63,979 bases of DNA, filler included, from Hausera hauseri (GCA_046269625.1; 11 parts of 11 records of this genome joined end to end with filler, not necessarily neighbours in it), one strand, 5' to 3'. Counted from the whole stretch's first letter, positions 38,674-51,713 are shown. Notes: generated by a model not told the origin, from the letters alone. A program made the numbers and translations.

Positions 38674-38846
38674 CCCCTCCCCCTAGGAGGGAACCNNNNN
38701 NNNNNNNNNNNNNNNNNNNNNNNNNNNNNNNNNNNNNNNTTAATTAATTAANNNNNNNNNNNNNNNNNNNNNNNNNNNNNNNNNNNNNNNNNNNNAAAAG
38801 TTACTTTTATACGTCATATACTTTCTTTATCTCGTGACTTCTATTT

Positions 38847-39755
38847 ATGTACTCAATAACCCACCCGATGCTATTCAATGAGTCCAAGCTCCAGCCCAGC
38901 CAAAACGTAGACGAAAAAGCTTGCCGACCACGAGATACGAATATTCATTGCCATGCTAACAACGAAATCTACCAAGAACGGAAATCAGACGATGGACCCA
39001 GACGTGAAACCATCAGTTACAGTCGACCACGACACGATGATGCTAAGATAAACTACGTAAATCCGAGGCGAACTTTAAGCTCAAAGGCAGACCTCACGAA
39101 CATTGCTGAACGTTACGCGATAAGGCCTAATAACAGCACTCAGACGAAAAATAAAAACCCAGATGATCACCGTAACGACCTTCGCTGCGACATTGACGAT
39201 GACAATATCAGCAATGACAACTACTACTTTTATGACGACCCAAACCACCTCAATGACCACGCTATCCGATACAGCAGCAACTTTGAAAATACAGATTCCT
39301 ATCGCCAAAACAATTATGCTGAATATGACCATCCTGATGACAAATATAATGCTGGTGTTGATCTTGAACATGACGATTTTGACGATACATACGACAATAA
39401 TCATAACAATGACCAATACATTAATACACAAAACAACAGTTCAATACTTACTGAATATTCAATCTGCCTATATACCGATTTAACTCGATTAGACACGTTC
39501 AATGTCCACCGTTTATTCGGTTGTAGACCACAACGTAAAATATTAAAATTTTGTGAAAATAATTTTCGACAAAAAATGAACGCTTCGATGACAACACTTT
39601 TTACGCTGCATTTTTATGTTCGGTGTTGTATCTCCGTTCAGATAACTCACACATTTTTTCTTGGGGAAGTGCAGGTGTCTGAAAGTAGGTCAGTACAAAA
39701 CTTGTTTCCGACTCAATTCATTCTTCTGGTGAGTAGTAGTAGTCTTCAATTATGA
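38847..39755 (+). CDS. Asp/Asn/Tyr-rich low-complexity ORF of unknown function
   Basis: 302-aa open frame; no recognisable domain. Confidence 0.35.
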   Translation: MYSITHPMLFNESKLQPSQNVDEKACRPRDTNIHCHANNEIYQERKSDDGPRRETISYSRPRHDDAKINYVNPRRTLSSKADLTNIAERYAIRPNNSTQTKNKNPDDHRNDLRCDIDDDNISNDNYYFYDDPNHLNDHAIRYSSNFENTDSYRQNNYAEYDHPDDKYNAGVDLEHDDFDDTYDNNHNNDQYINTQNNSSILTEYSICLYTDLTRLDTFNVHRLFGCRPQRKILKFCENNFRQKMNASMTTLFTLHFYVRCCISVQITHTFFLGEVQVSESRSVQNLFPTQFILLVSSSSLQL

Positions 39756-40389
39756 GCTCGTGGTAATTTGTGCGTTCGGTTTTAAGCGTCATCGTCGTCG
39801 TCGTCGTACAAAATAAAATTCACGATTTTTACAAAACGAACACATTTACAACAATAATGACGACAATGATGATTTTGACTTTTTAACAATGAGTTTTTCG
39901 GTTGCATTTTTCACCGGATCTGTTGGTCCAATCGTGAGGCGGTTATAATATAAAAATTTTTCCCAACTTATGGACAATGTATGAGACCCATTTTCATCAC
40001 CGGCAAACTTGAACATGGGGAAATTTTACCCGACGGAAATTTTCTAACCGGCTTTCCCCATGTTCCCTTGGTCTGACGACGACGAAACGGTGTCCATTCG
40101 ATTTGCCGACATCAATTTTACCTCTGTGCAAAATGTCGGTATACCAGAAACATGTTCTGTGTCGCCCGTTGCACATTGTCCGTTTTTCTTCTTCCGCCTC
40201 CTGTGCCGCCGGGTTACATTTTTCGGCTTCGCGACGCCAGTAACTTTTGTTCGCCTTGTCCGGCTCGACCGATTGGTCTCGGTCCAAAGTCCATTGCATG
40301 AGCTTCTTCCGTCCTGCGTAAGGGGGTCTCCGACCACCAAACATGAAATGCTCGGAGTTGCGAGATAGGCGGGGAAAACTGGTTTTCAG

Positions 40390-40587
40390 GTCGATCTGAG
40401 CAATTTTTGGCAAGTGGTTAGAAGAGGACACTTCTACTTACCGGAGAGGCTTGTGGTTATGAATTATTGGTCAATTAATGGGGCGAACAAAGTTTGATCT
40501 GTGACGCTAAATGAGCTCTATAAGATGGCGAGACAGACACGGGAATCTTTCTTATATCTAACCTATGGGTAATATGTAGGAAACGGT
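40390..40587 (+). pseudogene. Possible highly diverged ATG8/LC3-like C-terminal half
   Basis: VDLSNFWQVVRR..SING..*SVTLNELY..ESFLYLTYG*YVGNG compared with LC3 VNMSELIKIIRR..VNG..STPISEVY..GFLYMVYASQETFG. Confidence 0.35.
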
Positions 40588-41399
40588 AACCATTAGGGTT
40601 GAATTTTTACTTTAATTACTAAGGAATTTCTTACCATTACCCTTACTTAATTAGTGGGGTGTCGGACCGACCGTGTGTCGGGACCTGTGCCTATTAATTA
40701 CAGACGCTTATTTAGCTTAATTAGTTACGTGGATAAAATAAAAATTATCTGTTCACGGAAGAAATACTAAAATATATTAAAAATAAATTTAACAATCATA
40801 ACAGTTAACAAAAAACTCACACGAAGACATGATGATCAACATATAATAATATTTTGTATCCTTTTTAGCGTTTTAGTTACGATATTTATAGTAGTTTTCC
40901 CAATGCCACATACGGCCAAAATATGAAAGAGCAATAAAATAAATAAATTGCGCACATACTACTTTAAATAATTATAACAACCGACTATGGCAATATTTCA
41001 GAAGCAATATAATATTCCCGACAGTAATAATTAAGTCCAACAACTGGTGACTTGCTGGTTTTAATCAATTTCAACGGACCGACAGTAATGATGAAATACA
41101 ACAGCTGGTGATTAATCAATAGTACGTGTGCGTTTCTTTATTTCCTACAAGCAGAATAAGGAATAACAAAAATAAAGTTTAACGATCAATCAATATAATA
41201 AGAATACACTTACACGAGGACATAACAACTTTATATGACTGTCCGAGTACAAGAAAACTTTGTGAAAATGTTCAAGCTAACGTCGGTATTTTTACCCATA
41301 AATCACTAGGATAAAATACTCCAAAATTGACATGTACATTAAAATAATTGGTCTACTAACAAAAATATGTTTTCATGATTTTGTTAAGTATAAGATCCA

Positions 41400-42674
41400 T
41401 ACAAAAAGCGTCGGTTTATCAACTTTAAACTTATTGTCTAAGTTAAATGCAACTACAGTCTGAAATTTCTCCTTTTCCCTAGAGTAAGGAATATTATTTA
41501 TTCTTAAAGCATCTTGTGGGGTCTGCTTAACGATTTTTAGTGTCAATCCGATGAATTTGCAATCACTATATATACAAGGTTTTGTAGAACATACGGTTCA
41601 TAAAAAATTACCGTAATATAAAAATTTCATAAAAATTCTGATAAAATATTTCCCAGATATATAAAATTACAAGGGAAATATACCTGCAAGATCACAAAAG
41701 AAAAATTAAATAACCTTTGCACAAAAAGAAACCACGTTTTTATTTATTGTTGGATCTAAGCAGCTTTTATTATAAATCGATACTGTTATTGAACAAAATT
41801 CAATATTGTTATTGAACATCTCCCCCCTCAGATGGTACGTAGTGGTTCATAAGTCAACAAAAAATAATGTGATAAGTTTAAGGTTTAAAGGTCTGAAAAT
41901 TCAGATAAATGAGTTTGGGTTCTGAAACCTCAAACTTACGTATTTACTCTAGTAAAAATAGCTCAAGAAATTAGTTTCCTAGAGCCGGTTATTTTATTTA
42001 GTCTTAAAAGCCGCCTGTGGGGTCGGCTTAAAATCAAATTTAGATATATGTGAATTCGATCACCAGATGGGACACTGGTATCGTTCCCAAATTTTAGATG
42101 ATTTTGAGGTTATACGGTTCTTTTTGACCGTAAATCAATAGGGTCCGTTTTGTTAGATTAATAAAAAGATATTATTACAATATCTATAATTTCTTCTTTT
42201 TAATTTACCAGAATTTACATCTAGGAAAATCAAAAATCAATACTATTCTATAAAGATATAATTAAACTAAAGTCAGTAAATAATCTTTAAAATGCAGACA
42301 AAAAAACAAGAAAACTTACAGGAATAATAACTGACATACATTGTGCAAGAATCAAGCATAAAAAGAATTGTGTGTCCTTTTCAATACAGTGGGTTTATAT
42401 ATCCCCTTTTGAGACAAACGATCAAATTATAATTCCGAATAAATATTTTGTAATATAAAACAATTCACGGCAAATAGATGAAATAAAAACAGACACATGA
42501 AATAGAGACGGACAATTAAATTACAATTAAATGAATTCACAATAAATACGATCAAATAGATTCGAATTAATGTATGCATTAAATAAATGTGATATTGTTT
42601 ACATTGAGAGAACAACATTTTTAAGAGTCTGTAATGTCGTCGTAATGTCGTCAGTCGTCAACAACCCCCTCCTC
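41400..42674 (-). mobile_element. Two successive PPT plus LTR-like units (far ends approximate)
   Basis: On the minus strand TCTGAGGAGGGGGT|TGTTGA (LTR start ~42663) and TCTGAGGGGGGAGA|TGTTCA (start 41818); shared motif CCTAGAG..TCTTAAA..TGTGGGGTC.GCTTAA at ~41478-41530 and ~41978-42031. Confidence 0.6.
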
Positions 42675-42745
42675 AGACAATGCTGTCCGCAGCTTTGCTG
42701 GATAGGTTTCCAGAGTGCCATTATCTAGTCGATAGGTAGATGAAT

Positions 42746-44902
42746 CTAGTAACGCCATTGTCCTTTCTTTTTAAATTTAAGTTTGAGGGTGATTGTTTGC
42801 TCTTTAGGGATTTTCTTCCTTTTTCTTTTCGAATCTGTGATTAGTATTTCGTTGGGTTCAATGATTGGAGTTGATTGGATATTACTAATTGATGGTTGTA
42901 TCGATACTTCTGATCGATTGTCCATATTTGAAGGTTTGGGAAAATTAAGGGATATTTCCAATGGTGTCTTTGTTATAATATTTGTTATTTCTAAATTATT
43001 AGTATCCATAGGTTCATCATGCGATATAGCAGTCTCTTTATCAAATAAAGTCGGAGATTTATCTGTAATTTTAAGCATTATTGATGTGGGATTTACGATT
43101 GATTTTTCACTTTTATATTCTTCCAGAGTATTATACATTTCCAACATAATTAGAGCTTTGTCTTTCGTCCTGGTTGGGTATTTGATATTATTATACTTTA
43201 AAAAGATTTGTTTTTGAGTTAACGTTCTTTTTGGATTTATGTGTTCATTATAGAATAAATCACGTATGCCCATTACTTGATCCATATTAAAAAGGGCTAT
43301 TTGAGAATTAATGTTGAATAGTGTCATCCCTACTATCATCTTTCCCACTAGTTGTTGTCGGATTGTAGGCCAGATTTGATATTGGTCGGCTTGGCCGATT
43401 AAATCTGTTTCTCTTATCCCAGTTATCTGGGTATTATAATTATCTACGCGATCTCGTGGAGTGACAAATTGGTCAAAAATAATTTTTCCTTCCAGGTTCA
43501 TTAAGGTGATTTCTATAAGAGTAGCTTCTGAACGAGTGTTTTTCATTAAGTATGCAACATTGATGGATAAAATAATCACTTCATTTTTTGAAACTGTAGA
43601 CACCCTGGAAAAGGAACATCCTTCTTCGAGTTGAGCTTTGCTGGGGAGAGGTAAATTGTAAATAGGTATATCATATTCCGGACGTGGTATTCTTTCACGT
43701 CTAGTCACCTCAATATATAAAATAGGACTAGGTCCTCCAAAAGTTCGTAGCGCGATAGCAACGTTTTTATAGAAACGTTGGTCAAGTCGAATGGTAGTGA
43801 AGGGAATAACATCCATTTGATCCGTCATATTATTTCTATGACTTCTACTTTTCAATTGAAGACTGGCTTTGATAACCGACAAGTAAACGGAGGTTGTTTT
43901 AGTGAATATGTCTATTAAATCAGATAGCAGGGTGGTTGTATTAAGTAGTTTTATAATTAATCCTGCTCTTTGGGTTACCAGATGGCCTTTGAGATTATTG
44001 GGATATAACGTAGCTTTTCCATAATATATATAGTCTTTGTGTTGTGTGGACTCCAAATTAGATGAAATATTGTAGTAGAAGGACTTGGCCCTCTCTACTG
44101 TTTCGGCACCTTCTTGGACTGAAAGAAAACACATCAATAATAACCATGAAAATCTTTTTAAAATAATCTTATGATAGGTTGTATAAGGCTTTATAGCCTG
44201 AATTTTTTTACAATTACGTTTATTTTGGTAGGTCGCTAAGATTTTCGCAGCCTCATTTTTTATATGTGTACACATACACAGTGTAACATATGTTAACGGT
44301 TGAAGTTGCCGTTTGTATTTTGGAAGCTTCTCAGCTTGAGGAGACGCACTTATTTCACTAACCTTATCATTTTGGGAATCCTCTCTTAATAATTTTAGTT
44401 CTTGCATTATTTTTCGGGCTTTATGCCTTCTACGTCTTATTCTAGAGCAATAAATTATTAAGGGCACTATTATGACTGCCAATATTAAAACTGTGCACAA
44501 TACAATTAGTGTCCATAAATATATATTTGAATTATTTTTGTTACTTTGTGTGGTTAATATTTGTGAATTTTTTGTAGTAGTTATGATAATTTGTTTTAAC
44601 GTTTTCACCATACGATAAATCATCTGTAATTACTGTCCGTCTTCGTCTAATTCTGTCATGATAACTTTATAGTTGGTATTGGCCTTTAAAAATATACAAG
44701 CTGATGTAGGCTCATTTGGGGTTATAATTCCTTCACTAATCATTCCTTCATAAAGAAAGCACTCAAATTTTATGTTTGTATTCTTCAGGTTTGATACCGT
44801 AATAATGAGAGAATGTGGCATCGACTGTATAGTTATATCCAGTTTTCTATTAATGTTCATAACCTCAATCAGTTTCTGTGTCGTTAAGCTTGTGATAGAA
44901 GT
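42746..44902 (-). CDS. Probable retroelement accessory polyprotein: FN3-like ectodomain fragment, TM helix and inactive REX4/ISG20-like DEDDh exonuclease
   Basis: 44630-44860 is in frame with the 625-aa ORF across one stop; TM LWTLIVLCTVLILAVIIVPLIIYC followed by RRRRHK; exonuclease-like IEITLMNLEGKIIFDQFVTPRDRVDNYNTQITGIRETDL..LVGKMIVG, with ExoI DxE replaced by SINVAY; PPT 70 nt after the stop. Confidence 0.75.
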
Positions 44903-45248
44903 NNNNNNNNNNNNNNNNNNNNNNNNNNNNNNNNNNNNNNNNNNNNTTAATTAATTAANNNNNNNNNNNNNNNNNNNNNNNNNNNNNNNNNNNNNNNNNN
45001 NNGGCATGTTGCAAATTAGAAACCTCATCTCAATCAAATTCAAGAAAACCACAAATTGCAGCCCCCTCAAAGTAATCATGAAGTCAAATTCGCTTCCTTT
45101 TATTTAAACGTTTAGAAATAATAACTGAAGATTTAAAATAGATTTATGGTAGGACTGTGGGTTAGACAGCTTTACCGAGTGCCTAGGAAAAAAAGACAAT
45201 ATTTAAATATCTATTAATATTGCTCCATGTATCTAAACTCTCCTTCAG

Positions 45249-45692
45249 GGTCCTCACATAGCTTCAGTGACCCTGGCAGCGTATGAGTGTGGGTCCACAG
45301 ACTTCCCAGAGCCCCCTTACCTGGACCAGATTGTCTGTCCTAATGATGGAGGGTTGGAGGGCAGCATCTCGATCTTCTCCATCACGTCAAAGGTCCACCT
45401 GGAGGCCTGCATGTGGGTGAGTAGTACTTTGAGTGAAGATACAGCTGAAAGAAGACCATGTTGCTGCCTGACAGAAAACACTTTTATACCTGCTGTTATT
45501 ATCTTTGTGTGAGAAATAAACATAAATCAACCTATACTGACTGAAGCTGTGTATGTTCAGGGTGCGGGCACTGCCATCGGAGAGCTGCCTCCGTATTTCA
45601 TGGCGAGAGCCGCTCGTCAGTCAGGAGCTGATCCAGATGATGAGGAATACGAGGAATTTGAGGAGATGCTCAAGCAGGCCGAGGGCGCGCAG
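45249..45692 (+). CDS. vmp1: Vacuole membrane protein 1, two internal exons
   Basis: Exons 45249-45416 and 45561-45692: [29 protein letters not shown]|[37 protein letters not shown]. Confidence 0.95.
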
Positions 45693-47361
45693 GTCAATTT
45701 TTAAATACTCAAACAGCAACAAAAATTAGCATTAGCATTCATTTCTTATGTCTTTTACTCTGTTAACAACTTTTTCATTCATTATTTGTCAGAGACACAT
45801 TTTATTGCAATCGCAAAAATTCATTTAAAAAAGAAAACCCTCTCTAAAAAGCTAAATATATAACTTTAAAATCACAAGAGAGTTTAAAATCTAGGAATAA
45901 CCAGCTCTCAAAAAATTTACAAATAGGGCAAAAAATAAGACCAAACCAGAGAACCATTTTTTACATTGCAGTCGTATTTTTTCTCTTCACATTTAAAATA
46001 TTACCTTTGGGGCCAGGTAGAATATTAACAAGGACCAGATTGGGCCCGCAGGCCTTGGATGTGACACATGCACACTAGATTAACTAATGTCAGTTTTGGA
46101 GACACACTGGAATGAGGGGTTGTAGAGACAAATATATGTGTCCAGATGAAGGATGTAAATATCATTGGGTTCTGTAACGCTTGGTGGACAATACAACACT
46201 CCTCCTTGGTGTCCTCTGTCCTGAGTCAGAACCTTCATAATGGAGCAGATTACCAACTACACTTCTTATAACTAAGTTATAAGGAAATAAGTTATCGAGG
46301 GTTCTCTGATTTTAGATAACACTTTAGTGCAAAAGTGAGTGACACGACACAATAAGTAATTCAACTCTGTGAATTAAATTTGATCCATCATAAATGTGAT
46401 CGTTTATTTACAGAGATCAAAACAGAATCACGAGTTAACAACTTAATTGTGAATGATCAACTTCCTATAAAGTTTAGAATTAACAATAATTCAACAAAGC
46501 TTAATTCTGTTAATACGACAACTTTATATGATAACAGCAAACGTCAGCTTAAATGTTATACAACCAGAATGCTTACAGGTACATAAACTTAGAGTTTGGG
46601 CAGGGCAGCTAGATCAGGAGGAAAGACTGAAAATAGGAGGATTAGTTCCTGCTACTTTTACTTTATCAAGTTTGAGTTAACCAGAACGGCACAGACGTCT
46701 TCCGCTGGACTTCTGCCGGACCCAGGTACGCTCATAACAGGTCAGCCTTTACCTTGAGATGACGGGTGGTCACTTTCAGGCATCAGGAAGGGTTCACCGC
46801 TTCAGCAAGGGGTCTCTGTCAGGATTCTCTCCCTTTTACCGCCTCCTGGAGTGTTGCTGTGGTTCAGTGTCTCCTGCGGTCTGCCTCAGCCGAGGGAAGA
46901 GGAAAAGCAACTCCGGTCCTCTTTTCAAAATAAAAGCACTTCTTCTAGAAGAGGAAAGTACTTCTACAAGCTATGGTGGTCCACAATGGATGTTGTCGTG
47001 GTCCCGGCAGTGAGAACGACTCGTTGGCATGTGAGTGAGTTCTCCTGGCCAGAATTTCCTGTGTTTCCCTTAGAGAGAAACCAGCTGTCTCGTGTTGACA
47101 CGGGACTGTTGCTTTCAGAACTAACGGTCGGGACAGAAATCGGTTAGTACATGAAGAGCAAGCCTTTCCTAATTTCTGCCCCCCATCTGGGGGGTAGTTT
47201 TTAGAGATTTGCCCAGGCGCCTCTTGGAGCCTAAACAAAGATTAGACGAGAGTTGAAAGTGTCACGTTGAACTGTTGTCTTCAAAGCTGCAAGGCTGAAT
47301 CACTGTTATATTGAGCAGAAAATGCGACTTCAGCTCCAAACACTTTATGCTGATTATTCAG

Positions 47362-49697
47362 GCACATTGGGAGCAGGGCTGATGGAATTGGCCCTCCACA
47401 GAAGGTCCTCTTCCCTTCAGAGCAGCTCAGCCTGAAGTGGACTGATGGTCACGGTGTAGGTGCCGGGCTGAAAAACATGGGGAACACATGCTACCTGAAT
47501 TCAGTCCTGCAGTGTCTCACCCACACCTCACCAATAGCCAATTACATGCTGTCAGGACAGCCCTCCATGACATGTAAACTACTGTTCCTTTCACCCTCTA
47601 GTCCAAATCAGACTAACTGAGGGATCAAATTGGCTTTTATTCTGTGTTCCGATGAACAAATATTTATTACATATGTTTTTGCTTTTCATCTTCTTGTGCA
47701 TGTGTTGAACATGTGGTCCAGGCTCAAAGCCAGGGTTCTGCATGATGTGCATCATGCAAAAACACATCAAAAGTGTTTTTGCAAAGTCAGGGAGCGTCAT
47801 TGAGCCCATTGAGGTTCTGAGTGAACTTGACAGTAAGTGGATATTTACTGTGACAAACAGCTGAGGCTGAGTGTTGCAATAAGACACAGCAGCTGCTGTG
47901 TGGCTGTTTTTGCTTCAATGGAAAGTTTTTTGTTTTCCTCTTATTGTGACACAAGTTTGATCTTAGATTTTAAAGTTTTGATGTTTGGTTGTCCTGAAGT
48001 TGAACAATGTTTCTCCTCTCGCAGACATCGCAAAACACTTCCAGTACACACACCAGGAGGATGCACATGAGTTCCTGCAGCACACAGTGCAAGCCCTGCA
48101 CCAGTCCTGCCTGCCTGAATCATTGTGAGTCTGATCAGAAACGTCTTCTACTCTCAGTTTACACTAAATACTAGATGTCAGGGAAACCTTAGTCACCTTT
48201 AGCTTCTTCTGGACTGATGAAACTAGACTTGAATTGTGTGTTGAATAAAGTATTCAGTTGGGTCACCACTGTGGTTCAAAATGTTTCTTCTCTATGTTAG
48301 TGACGGGTGGGAGAGTGAAACCCAGCCAACATTTATCCATCAAGTGTTTAAAGGAAGTCTTCGGTCCAGAGGTAAATGATTCACTTGAAACTGTTTTATT
48401 GATCTTTTTCTTCCATGTGAGGTGTCGTAATGTTTCCCAGTGTTTTTCAACTCAAATCTGAACACTTGTATTTATCAGTGTGCTGTTTAAACTGCAATTC
48501 CATCTCTGACACGTTTGAAGCATTTCTGGATCTTCCTCTGGACATTGAAGTAATTCAAGCTTCACATTCTGTCATTTCTGACTGTCTGTGTTTCTGCTGA
48601 CATGGTATAAATGTGTCCCATTTGATCCGAGCTCCTTTAACAGAAGCAAATGTTTCTCTGCATGTAGAGAGCTTCCAGTGTGTCTTCTTGTCTGGAGCAG
48701 TTTGTGACGCCTGAAGAGCTGGAGGGCTACAAGTGCTCCGAGTAAGCCCCCAAAAAACCCACCTGAAGCAGTCGTTTAGGTTTGTGTACCTATCTGTCAC
48801 GAAGCCACGTCCTTGTTTGAATTTGTTGTTTTTCAGGTGCAAAGAAAAAGCGTCAGCCTTGAAGACAGTCACAGTAGACAGGCTGCCCAACGTGCTGACC
48901 CTGCCCCTGAAAAGATTTGATTGTCATGGAGATAAAGTCTCAAAGGTACTGTCACACACATCATATAATGGAAGATTTGTTTTACACACATGTCAAATGT
49001 CTCTAATGTGGGAACTATTCAATGGACTGATGGAGTGTTTTGTGTTCACCAGCGTGTGAACTTCCCTGAAAGCATCAACATACGACCGTTCACATCAGAA
49101 CCTGCAGGTGACCCACAAACCTACAGCCTGTACGCCGTACTGGTCCACTCTGGCTCCACGAGCTCTGAAGGCCACTATTTCTGTTATGTCAAGGTACTGC
49201 ACCGCTGCAACACACTCAGCTCATCTATTAGATTACTGCTGCTTATTACATCACTAGATTACAAGTGAGTGCAGCTGAGATGAAGTAAAGATTGTGACAG
49301 ACAGAAGGTGTTCACACACTTACCTGGAAACACACAGAGCAATAAAATGTCAACAAACACAAAGTCACAGGATCACATTTGGATCTGATTTACATGTGAA
49401 CACATTTCAACCAGCTGCTGTTTAGGCTTCACTTTTCAAGGTTTTTCTTGTATTTCTCACCTGAAAAGCAAGTGTGACTCTAAAAGTATGTGTGTTGTGT
49501 TGCAGGCGAGCAGCGGCCAGTGGTACAAGATGAATGACTCCTCTGTATCTGTGAGGAACATCCAGAGGGTCCTGAAGAAAAAGGCCTACGTTCTGTTCTA
49601 CATCCAGATCAGCCAACTCTCACACATTGGGTGTGAGACACACGCATCCGAGGGTCTTCACACGCTCTCACGCCACACTCCCACTTTCTCACGCTGA
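47362..49697 (+). CDS. USP42/USP17-like ubiquitin C-terminal hydrolase, nine exons
   Basis: [72 protein letters not shown]; canonical splice sites; catalytic Cys/His/Asp present. Confidence 0.93.
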
Positions 49698-51020
49698 AAA
49701 CTGACCAACGTCAAAAACTCAACTCCGGTCCACTTTTTTACTATAAAATTTATTTATATTAATCCAGTCCACGTATTCACTGCAACCCGTGATGTTACAA
49801 ACAGGTGGATGCCAGGTTGTTATCCAGTCTGGAGTTTTGCTCCAACCATCCATCTACCTGTAAACAGCGGCTCTGTGGAGCGGCAGAGCAGGAAGCTCGG
49901 TGAGCTCCCCTCCACAATTAAAAACAGGAAAGGTGAGCGGGTAAAGTTAGCAAACATGTTAAAAGAAAGGAGAAAGAGATGGGTGGAGCAGATAAACTAT
50001 GAGGGGGAAAAGAGAGAAGTTTTTGCAAGTTGTGAATAAACAGATATTATCTGTGATGGAGGAGGCGAGGTAAAGCTGAAGTCAGCCAGAGACACACAGA
50101 CCAGCAGCAGCTTAGCAGCTCTGTCTACATCCATCATCCTGGTTCTATGTGTTTCTGAATGTGTTCATGGCTCAGAATATTAAACACAGCAGATCAGAAA
50201 TGATACCAGCAGAAATCTTTAATCAACTTTAATAACAAACTAAAATCAGTTCATACTGATTGACCTGAAAAATACATTTTATTTATTGTAAAAAAAAACA
50301 TATCAATAAATCTGATTATTTCCTCTACATTAATATATGGCTATGTTTTTAACCAGCTCAAGAAAAATACCTTACAGTTATAAATGAATCTTCTGGGTGT
50401 TGTGTTCAGAGGGAGGACCATTTGCACCATAGTTACTATAAGTGAGGTCTTTGATCTTTTCAATGTCCTCACTTCATCTGAAAACCTGCTGTTCTTTACT
50501 AGTCAGGTTTAGAGGTATGATGTGCATTAAGATTTGGTTCAGGTTAGAGTTAACTATAGACCAGTAATGGTTAATTTTAGGGAAAATGTCTGGGTTAGGC
50601 ATAAATACGGTTACAAAAATGAATGGAAGTCAATACAAAGTCTTCAGTTTTGTGTAAGCACAAAGATGTGTGTGTGTCTTAGCGCTGTCAGAGAGGTGGA
50701 AGATGCTAGTTAGCTAAGTGCTAACAAGCATGTTGGTAATGCATGTGATCATTGAGGACCAGCAGGAGGAGATATTTATGTATTTTTCATCATGGTGTCT
50801 CACAATGTCACTTTTTTTCACATTAAACATTTATTGTTTGTTACAGATATATAAGGATCAGCTGTAAACAGGATTCCACCTCTTATTTATCCACCGGGAA
50901 CAACATGAAATGAGACCTACNNNNNNNNNNNNNNNNNNNNNNNNNNNNNNNNNNNNNNNNNNNNTTAATTAATTAANNNNNNNNNNNNNNNNNNNNNNNN
51001 NNNNNNNNNNNNNNNNNNNN

Positions 51021-51713
51021 AAGGCTAAAACGGAACAGTGCGTAGGACAAATCATGGAAGTACGAGATGCGGCAATGTATTTCTAGTATTTACAGACAGA
51101 CGAAGACAAGGAACAACATGACAAGAATCTAGTACTACTAAGTGGGATAATAACCAATGTCCCAGAGCCTAAACACCCGGTTGGAAGACCTAGGAAGGCC
51201 CGAGAAGGGGTTGACTATAATGGAATATTAATTAGATAGCTGAGACAGATGTCGATTCCCACCTTTAGCACCGACAATGAAGAGTTAAACGAGTTAATGA
51301 AGAATTTAATACCTATCGTAAATTATTCAACCCTTCGAGGAGATACATTAGACACTAAAGAAAAGGGGATATTTAACGCAGCTAGGACAATGAAAAATTC
51401 GCGTTTCAAGCTGTCGAAAAGCGGACTAACTGACCACGCAGTAGTTGAGAAGATTATGGTGGAAAATACGATAGAAGAGTTGAGAAAAGTATTATTGTAC
51501 TTGGCAATTAAGACAAATCCAAATCGAGAAAATCAACTAAATCGAGCTACAAGTTTGGCGCGAAAAGCATCTAGGAAGCTTCCGTGCGAAATAAGTTGGC
51601 CAAAGTTGTTTGATAAGGAAGAAGACAAAAAGAAAAATAGTAATAATGAACTCGGGGACATCATACGGAACTTGACGACATCGGATAATAACAGCCGAAA
51701 GAACGAATCTAAT
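51021..51713 (+). pseudogene. Leader region in frame with the glycoprotein, containing an AT-hook-like motif
   Basis: One frame with two stops from the contig start; KHPVGRPRK at ~51171-51197. Confidence 0.45.

Noticed and set aside
46173-47265. Possible solo ERV LTR in the fish intron
   Set aside because: It starts TGTAAC and looks repeat-like, but I could not fix a matching CA end or TSD
50410-50677. (TG)n-anchored sequence with GGTTAG motifs, resembling a telomere relic
   Set aside because: It resembles a common teleost non-autonomous repeat; boundaries and family cannot be supported
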